Source of the DNA: Gammaproteobacteria bacterium
GTDB taxonomy: Bacteria > Pseudomonadota > Gammaproteobacteria > Eutrophobiales > Eutrophobiaceae
NCBI GenBank assembly: GCA_965200295.1
Contig: OZ241347.1
Span: 3,244,639 to 3,308,638, forward strand
Length of the DNA: 64,000 nucleotides
Direction: 5' to 3'
Both the position numbers and the translations under genes were made by a program. The notes beneath the pieces are model-generated. The model was not told where the DNA came from, made no database searches, and saw only the letters and a list, made by a program, of their open reading frames with translations. Positions 58,614 to 64,000 of the stretch are shown one piece after another (within the stretch, counting starts at the first letter, position 1; every line of letters starts with the position of its first letter).

Positions 58614-59138
58614 GTGAATACCCCGGCGCCAGAGCAACAACGGCATTGGACCAGGGAACCTTATGTCTGGCTGATCCTGCTGTTCCCGCTGGCGGCCGTG
58701 GTCGGCGGCATCATCACCACCTGGCTGGCAGTCACGTCCGACGACGGCCTGGTTGTGGATGATTACTACAAACGCGGGCTGGAGATAAACCGTACCTTAG
58801 AGCGTGACCGGGTCGCGCAAACTTATGCCTTGAAATCGATCATACAAACCACTGCGGACGACCGGCAAATCCGCGTCATACTGCAAGGCAACCCGCGGTT
58901 CCGCGCGCCGCAACAAATCAGCCTGCGCCTGCTGCACCCGACCCGCGACGGTCACGACAAAACACTGCTACTGGAACAGGATGGGAAAGGGCTGTACCAT
59001 GGCGACCTGCCACCGTTAATCAAGGGCAACTGGCACGTGCTGATCGAGGCCGAAGACTGGCGGGTGCTGGACTTTTTGTTTATTCTACAAGACAGAGATG
59101 TACAGGATATACAGGATAAGAATGCGGTACAATCCTGA
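58614..59138 (+). CDS. ccoH: FixH/CcoH family protein
   Basis: N-terminal TM segment followed by DDYYKRGLEINR. GTG start 2 nt after ccoG. Confidence 0.75.
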   Translation: MNTPAPEQQRHWTREPYVWLILLFPLAAVVGGIITTWLAVTSDDGLVVDDYYKRGLEINRTLERDRVAQTYALKSIIQTTADDRQIRVILQGNPRFRAPQQISLRLLHPTRDGHDKTLLLEQDGKGLYHGDLPPLIKGNWHVLIEAEDWRVLDFLFILQDRDVQDIQDKNAVQS

Positions 59139-59210
59139 CCTGTACTCCCCGATAGAATGTCAGTTTGTCCCTTGAATTTACATAGCAAACCGTCAAAAAC
59201 GGCGTCTTTG

Positions 59211-59245
59211 GTTCGTCATTCCGGGCTTGAGCCGGAAGCTAGTGG
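59211..59245. repeat. REP-like hairpin (inverted, diverged copy of the 14521/17540 motif)
   Basis: gttcgtcattccgggcttgagccggaagctagtg. Confidence 0.45.
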
Positions 59246-59270
59246 AGCAACTGTCCTGTAGGCACACCTT

Positions 59271-60401
59271 ATGATGACACTTGCATTAACCAGAGAACTT
59301 ATCGCCAGAGCCTCAGTCACGCCCGACGATGCCGGTTGCCAGCAGTTGCTCGGCGAGCGGCTGAGGAAAACCGGCTTCAACGTCACTCACCTGCCCTGTG
59401 CAGATGTGAGCAACCTGTGGGCCACCCACGGCCGGGGCGCGCCCGTGTTCACGTTCTTGGGACATACCGATGTCGTGCCGCCGGGCGCGCAGGCCGACTG
59501 GGCCTCCCCACCGTTTGCACCGGAGGAACGGGACGGCTACCTGTACGGGCGCGGCGCCGCCGACATGAAAGGCAGCGTGGCCGCCATGGTGGTGGCGCTG
59601 GAACGTTTTGTCGCGAACCACCCGCAGCATCACGGCACTGTCAGCCTGTTGTTGACCAGTGACGAGGAAGGTCTGGCCGTGAACGGGACTAAAAAAGTGG
59701 TGGAGTACCTGGCACGCAACGATATTGGCATTGACTGGTGTCTGGTCGGCGAGCCCTGCAGCGACACTGTGCTCGGTGACGTCATCAAAAACGGCCGGCG
59801 CGGTTCCCTGTCGGGCGTGCTCACGGTCACCGGCATCCAAGGCCATACTGCCTACCCGGCGCGGGCAAGAAATCCGGTGCACCTGCTCAGTCCGGCCCTG
59901 CTGGAACTGACACAAAAGGTCTGGGACGAAGGCAACGACCACTATCCTCCCAGCAGCTTCCAGGTCTCCAACATCCGTGCTGGAACCGGCGCCGAAAATG
60001 TCATTCCAGGCACGGCGGAAGTCAGCTTCAACCTGCGTTTCTCCACGCAGTGGACCGAAGCAAGCCTCAAGGCCGCCATCACGACGCTGCTGGAGCGGCA
60101 TAAACTTAACTACGACCTGCTCTGGCGCCCATGCAGCCAGCCGTTCCTGACACCATCCGGACAACTGCTGGATGCCGTCCGGGACGCCGTGACAGAAATA
60201 TGCGGCATCACCCCACAACTGTCCACCGCCGGCGGCACCTCCGACGGCCGCTTCATCGCCCCCACCGGCGCCGAAGTAGCAGAACTGGGCCCGGTCAACG
60301 CCACCATCCACAAGGTCAACGAATGCGTGCGTCGCGCCGATCTGGAAAGGCTGCCAAACATCTATGAGAACATCCTGACCCGACTGATGACGGGGGCTTG
60401 A
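59271..60401 (+). CDS. dapE: Succinyl-diaminopimelate desuccinylase
   Basis: LIARASVTPDDAGCQ, GHTDVVP and GRGAADMKGS motifs. 376 aa, M20 peptidase family. Confidence 0.95.
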   Translation: MMTLALTRELIARASVTPDDAGCQQLLGERLRKTGFNVTHLPCADVSNLWATHGRGAPVFTFLGHTDVVPPGAQADWASPPFAPEERDGYLYGRGAADMKGSVAAMVVALERFVANHPQHHGTVSLLLTSDEEGLAVNGTKKVVEYLARNDIGIDWCLVGEPCSDTVLGDVIKNGRRGSLSGVLTVTGIQGHTAYPARARNPVHLLSPALLELTQKVWDEGNDHYPPSSFQVSNIRAGTGAENVIPGTAEVSFNLRFSTQWTEASLKAAITTLLERHKLNYDLLWRPCSQPFLTPSGQLLDAVRDAVTEICGITPQLSTAGGTSDGRFIAPTGAEVAELGPVNATIHKVNECVRRADLERLPNIYENILTRLMTGA

Positions 60402-60410
60402 GGAACCGGA

Positions 60411-60638
60411 TTGGCAACTTACTCCAAATACAAAACGGCAGGCATGACGCAGCTCAAGCCCGCATTCAAAAAAGAGCCTGTGAATGAGCCTCCGGCCGGA
60501 CCTGATGACAAGACCAGTGAGGATAAGGGCGTAAGCCTTTATGCGCGCATATTCGGCGCGCTCAAGGGAACGGTCACGATTGCGCCAGGGGTTAACCTGA
60601 CTCAGCCGACAGGGGAGAAATGGAACGCAGAGCAATAG
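60411..60638 (+). CDS. Doubtful small ORF (TTG start) with an antitoxin-tail-like C-terminus
   Basis: The only support is the motif IFGALKGTVTIAPGVNLTQPTGEKW, which resembles C-terminal tails of some type II antitoxins. There is no N-terminal DNA-binding domain and no toxin partner. Confidence 0.2.
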   Translation: MATYSKYKTAGMTQLKPAFKKEPVNEPPAGPDDKTSEDKGVSLYARIFGALKGTVTIAPGVNLTQPTGEKWNAEQ

Positions 60639-60660
60639 TCTGACAGGATGGATTACCACC

Positions 60661-61593
60661 TTATATCCGTTGAACGCTTCCGCCAGGCAAAACTTCCAGC
60701 ACGGGGGCAATCAGTCTGTAAGTTTCAGAATGACGGTCAAATGCAGTCAGTTTCTCGCGGCATAATTCAGAGTCCAGTAATGTCAAAAGCACTTTTTGAT
60801 GAGAACCTTCTGCTGAAAACCCGGCATCAACACTTACACCTCCGAGTTCAGTAAGCAAAAATCTTGCATGGAAGTCTGCTCCCTTTTCCTTCTCCTGCCA
60901 CACAAATAATTTTACGCACATTCCCTCTGGCATAATGTCGGCAAGCCAGACGCCGACATTTTGTTCTGTGAAATTGAGAGAGGGCCTCTCTTTATGATCA
61001 TGCCAGTGGATTTCACAACTCACGTCGGTTAATTGCCTTTTCGAAATTACGGAAAAGAATTCCTTCAAGGTCTCTTTATAGCGCTCATCTTGAAGGTCAA
61101 AATACCGGTCAATAAACAACACTTTTTTTGCATGCTTGAGCAGAAGTGACATAGCGTTCGCAAGCGCTTTCCCTGTTCGGGGAACTTCCCGACTGCTTGA
61201 TGCTCTCATCAATGGAGTGTCACCGTCAATATCGTAAGCTACCAGAATAAAATCTCTTTCTCCCCGGTTTTCAGAGGCAATAATCGCATGGAACGGATTA
61301 GGCTTGTGTTGACGTATAGCATTATCCAGCCAGTCGCCGGCAGCAGGATTATAGTCACGGCCGCTCGGAATCAGCGCGTGCTTTTTTGCCTCGTTCAATT
61401 TTTCAACGAGCGATTTGAACCTGACTTCTTTCATCCCCGATTGCCTGGCGGACTCAATCACCTGCTGCGTCCATTTTTTTGGGAATCGGGAGATCAATCT
61501 CCCACGGTCAAAACCGAACTTTTCAATCAAGTACCTGAAGTTTTCCCAACTCGCTCCGATTGCCTTGGGTTCTACTGCATATTCGTACAACAT
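60661..61593 (-). CDS. Uncharacterised 310-aa protein, translationally coupled partner of the upstream ATPase
   Basis: ATGA start/stop overlap with the ATPase gene. The frame is clean and open in AT-rich DNA. I cannot recognise any catalytic motif. Confidence 0.75.
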   Translation of the reverse strand: MLYEYAVEPKAIGASWENFRYLIEKFGFDRGRLISRFPKKWTQQVIESARQSGMKEVRFKSLVEKLNEAKKHALIPSGRDYNPAAGDWLDNAIRQHKPNPFHAIIASENRGERDFILVAYDIDGDTPLMRASSSREVPRTGKALANAMSLLLKHAKKVLFIDRYFDLQDERYKETLKEFFSVISKRQLTDVSCEIHWHDHKERPSLNFTEQNVGVWLADIMPEGMCVKLFVWQEKEKGADFHARFLLTELGGVSVDAGFSAEGSHQKVLLTLLDSELCREKLTAFDRHSETYRLIAPVLEVLPGGSVQRI

Positions 61594-63278
61594 CAGAATA
61601 ACTCGTCCGTGCGTTCGTCAAAAAACCCCTTTGGCCAACGGTCGATAAACTCGCCTTCTTCATCCACCCGCAAGTTACGAAGCACGACGCCTGCTTCCGT
61701 CTTATCTACATAGACTACGGATAAATCATCAGGCTTGAGACCCACGGCGCCGGGCGGTAGTTCGTTCTCTGTAGTTTCACGAATTCGACGCAGTATGCGC
61801 AGGATGATGTGTTCGCTATGGGTTTCAATAAAGACAGACTTTTCGGAACCGACATAATCCCCCTCTGATAGCGCCGTGTGAATAAAGAGATCGCCCAGCT
61901 TTACTTGAATGGCCGGATGGATATGCAGTTCGGGCTGTTCGATAACCAGCAGGCCGGCCTTGTTTCTAAGACAACTCACAAGCACGGGTATCATTTGCGA
62001 AATACCCACTCCCACGTCACAGGGCATGATAACAATCCCCTTGTCTGACTCACGTAGTGCGATCTCCGTGCGGGTATTCAAGGTGGCATAGAGTTCCTGT
62101 AAATCTCCCAGGTCATCCTCGGTTGGATTACCGTTCAACAGGTTATGAAAAGGACCCGGAACAGGAATTTCCCGGATTTCTGTTCTTTCCAGTTGATAGC
62201 CGGTCTGCAAACGTGTTTCATCAGACAACCAGGAGTTGACGTTATGCAATAATTTTTCATCCGTGTTTGCGTACAGCAAATCCCAGGCAGCCAGCCCTTG
62301 TGCCCAACGGGACTCGTCTGCGGAAAGACGTGGCCGATACCCGCGGTCGGGAATATCACGCAGCGGCCCGATGTAAGTCAGTTTATTCAGGCAGTCACGC
62401 ACAATTCTGACCGGCCCTAGGGTAATCTCATCAAGAAGACGGCGAAGACCTATAGCACGAGGGGTTCTCGTTTCAAGTTCATGCTGCTTTACGTCAGGGT
62501 CTCGCACTTCTGTCTTCAATTCACTATCCAGAATGGGAAGGGCGCCGACAGGTGTATCCACTGCAAGGGTGAGTTGCTCGCGGTCCGGGCTGATTTCTGT
62601 ACTGGAAAAAACATGCTGGGCGAAATGTCTCACTTCGCTTTGCAAAGGGCTCTCCATCGATTCGCCCTCCTCGTCCGGTTCGTAAGTTGGCTCGTAGCTC
62701 GCGGCGAATAAGGGATGAGAGAAATTAAAATCAGTCAACCGGGCATGTCCTTTTTGTGCAGGCGATTTGATAGCCAGAGCGTCTGCCCCATCAATACCAA
62801 TTTTCAACGCAGAAACAAATGGAGATTGAATTAAATCACTCCAACGAACTTCGATCTCCAACGTAATTTCCTGGGCAATAGCGTAGTCCTGAAGCTCTGT
62901 ATTTTCACCAACAAGATAACGGATAGAAACTTCCCTGAAGTCTTCATGTTCAAGACTCGTTCCCGAATTTAACGGCAGAAACTCACTCCCTTGTTCATCC
63001 GCCAGATCTACTGTTACCTGCAAACGAATGGGAAGCGCTTTATCCTGGTTATGCACAAAGGATGCAAAGCCACCTAAGTCAGTCAAACCGCCCGCAATAG
63101 TCTGGTCGGGGTTGATATTTCGACGTTCCAGAATTTCACGCAGGTATTGCAGGGCTTGAAGAATAGTACTCTTACCGGCGCTGTTGGGGCCAAATAGCAG
63201 GGTAATCGGCTTTAAGTCGATGGATTGACGTGCGCCAATGCCTTTGAAGTTTTCAATTTCGATACGGGTTAGACGCAT
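61593..63278 (-). CDS. ABC/SMC-like AAA_15/AAA_21-type ATPase with a DUF3696-like C-terminal tail
   Basis: N-terminus MRLTRIEIENFKGIG. Walker A GPNSAGKST (aa 30-38), a Walker B-type motif LLVIEQPELHIHP, an H-loop-like ETHSEHI and the C-terminal tail FIDRWPKGFF. Confidence 0.85.
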   Translation of the reverse strand: MRLTRIEIENFKGIGARQSIDLKPITLLFGPNSAGKSTILQALQYLREILERRNINPDQTIAGGLTDLGGFASFVHNQDKALPIRLQVTVDLADEQGSEFLPLNSGTSLEHEDFREVSIRYLVGENTELQDYAIAQEITLEIEVRWSDLIQSPFVSALKIGIDGADALAIKSPAQKGHARLTDFNFSHPLFAASYEPTYEPDEEGESMESPLQSEVRHFAQHVFSSTEISPDREQLTLAVDTPVGALPILDSELKTEVRDPDVKQHELETRTPRAIGLRRLLDEITLGPVRIVRDCLNKLTYIGPLRDIPDRGYRPRLSADESRWAQGLAAWDLLYANTDEKLLHNVNSWLSDETRLQTGYQLERTEIREIPVPGPFHNLLNGNPTEDDLGDLQELYATLNTRTEIALRESDKGIVIMPCDVGVGISQMIPVLVSCLRNKAGLLVIEQPELHIHPAIQVKLGDLFIHTALSEGDYVGSEKSVFIETHSEHIILRILRRIRETTENELPPGAVGLKPDDLSVVYVDKTEAGVVLRNLRVDEEGEFIDRWPKGFFDERTDELF

Positions 63279-63290
63279 TGTACCGTCTTA

Positions 63291-64000
63291 TTATTCGCCA
63301 CCGAGAGCGTGGTGAGAGATAGAAGTTGACATCATTTCAAGAGCGTTGAGATGACGATTGCTAGTTTGCTGAAATGATTCCACTTTTTTTGAGCGCAACT
63401 GATATTCAATTTGAAGCGACAAGGGAGGTATTGGAATCTCAAGACTTCTCAATATCTTTGGATTCAAAAAAGAGAATGCCTTTTCTTTGCTGTTTGCAGC
63501 TAATGTAGTCAACCGATGAGGCAGGTAAGTAAATAATGCTACAAAATACTCGCCCAACAGAGACTCTGGATTAAACACCACGCGAACAAGATTCGTGCCG
63601 ATTATCGACCTGCTAACAGTAGGTCTGGCAACACACATCCGTCCTACAGTCCCAGCACGCGATATTAAAATATCGCCTGTCAAAACGTGATAACGATGTA
63701 GCTGCTCGAATTTTTCATCGCTAATGAACAGTTTCGGTTCGTTTACAAAACTGTTAATTTGGATATTGTCAATTCCCCATACTGGCACTCCTCGACTGAG
63801 ATACTCATATTTTTTCAGAGATGCGCCGAATGGGCCAGATTGGACCCCATTACGTTGGTTACTCAAATGATTTTGAATTTTATCAATCTTGAAATTATTA
63901 GGGTTTTTTACCGGGTCGCCAAACATCTCTACAAAAACCGATTTCAGTAGGCTATCGGTTAGCTCAATAATTTGTTTCCGTTTCCGGCGAATACCCTCGG
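63291..64000 (-). CDS. hsdS: Type I restriction-modification specificity subunit HsdS (3' portion; the N-terminus lies beyond the window)
   Basis: FGDPVKNP motif, a target-recognition-domain-like middle and the conserved C-terminal IPIPPLSLQ helix region. The frame stays open upstream to the window edge. Confidence 0.8.
   Translation of the reverse strand, partial: EGIRRKRKQIIELTDSLLKSVFVEMFGDPVKNPNNFKIDKIQNHLSNQRNGVQSGPFGASLKKYEYLSRGVPVWGIDNIQINSFVNEPKLFISDEKFEQLHRYHVLTGDILISRAGTVGRMCVARPTVSRSIIGTNLVRVVFNPESLLGEYFVALFTYLPHRLTTLAANSKEKAFSFLNPKILRSLEIPIPPLSLQIEYQLRSKKVESFQQTSNRHLNALEMMSTSISHHALGGE

Noticed and set aside
61200-61330. Possible Toprim motif (ASE...YDIDGD) in the 310-aa partner, which would make the pair PARIS/Rlo-like
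   Set aside because: The Glu and the DxD lie only about 13 residues apart and lack the surrounding hydrophobic strand pattern of Toprim. This is not convincing.

Overview
This is a 64-kb bacterial chromosomal window whose gene order looks gammaproteobacterial (ppiD/fabI/yejABEF, birA-coaX, ccoNOQP-ccoGH). All calls come from reading the ORF translations and the DNA by eye; no searches were run.

Layout:
- 1-14.5 kb: a visibly very G+C-rich block. It holds the 3' 12.6 kb of a giant repeat-rich surface protein (Calx-beta-like, Ig-like and FN3 modules, with an autotransporter-like C-terminus) and an adjacent RTX calcium-binding protein.
- 14.6-24.5 kb: seven co-directional peptide-type ABC transporter genes. 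They form a yejABEF-like set plus a second binding-protein and two-permease set that has no ATPase of its own.
- 24.6-60.4 kb: housekeeping genes. These are fabI, a DAACS symporter, marR, ppiD, tRNA-Asp and tRNA-Val, coaX, birA, a rhodanese, APS-reductase-type cysH, cysB, tauE, an MBL hydrolase, ETF-QO, a six-gene TonB2/Ttp-like cluster, a kinase-like gene, a class III cyclase with a Crp-family regulator, a cation/proton antiporter, ccoS/ccoI, a hemerythrin-like gene, ccoNOQP, ccoG/ccoH and dapE.
- 60.4-64 kb: a visibly AT-richer island. It carries the 3' part of a type I restriction hsdS gene, followed with tight coupling by an ABC/AAA_21-like ATPase (561 aa) and a 310-aa protein with no motif I can recognise.

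The ATPase/310-aa pair is my best candidate for an undescribed (defence) system. The second notable signal is a genome-specific ~150-bp MITE-like element built of five consecutive hairpins. There are at least six full copies plus solo hairpins, and the stems show compensatory substitutions between copies. One copy is split by seven near-identical 72-bp tandem units that are themselves chains of hairpins.
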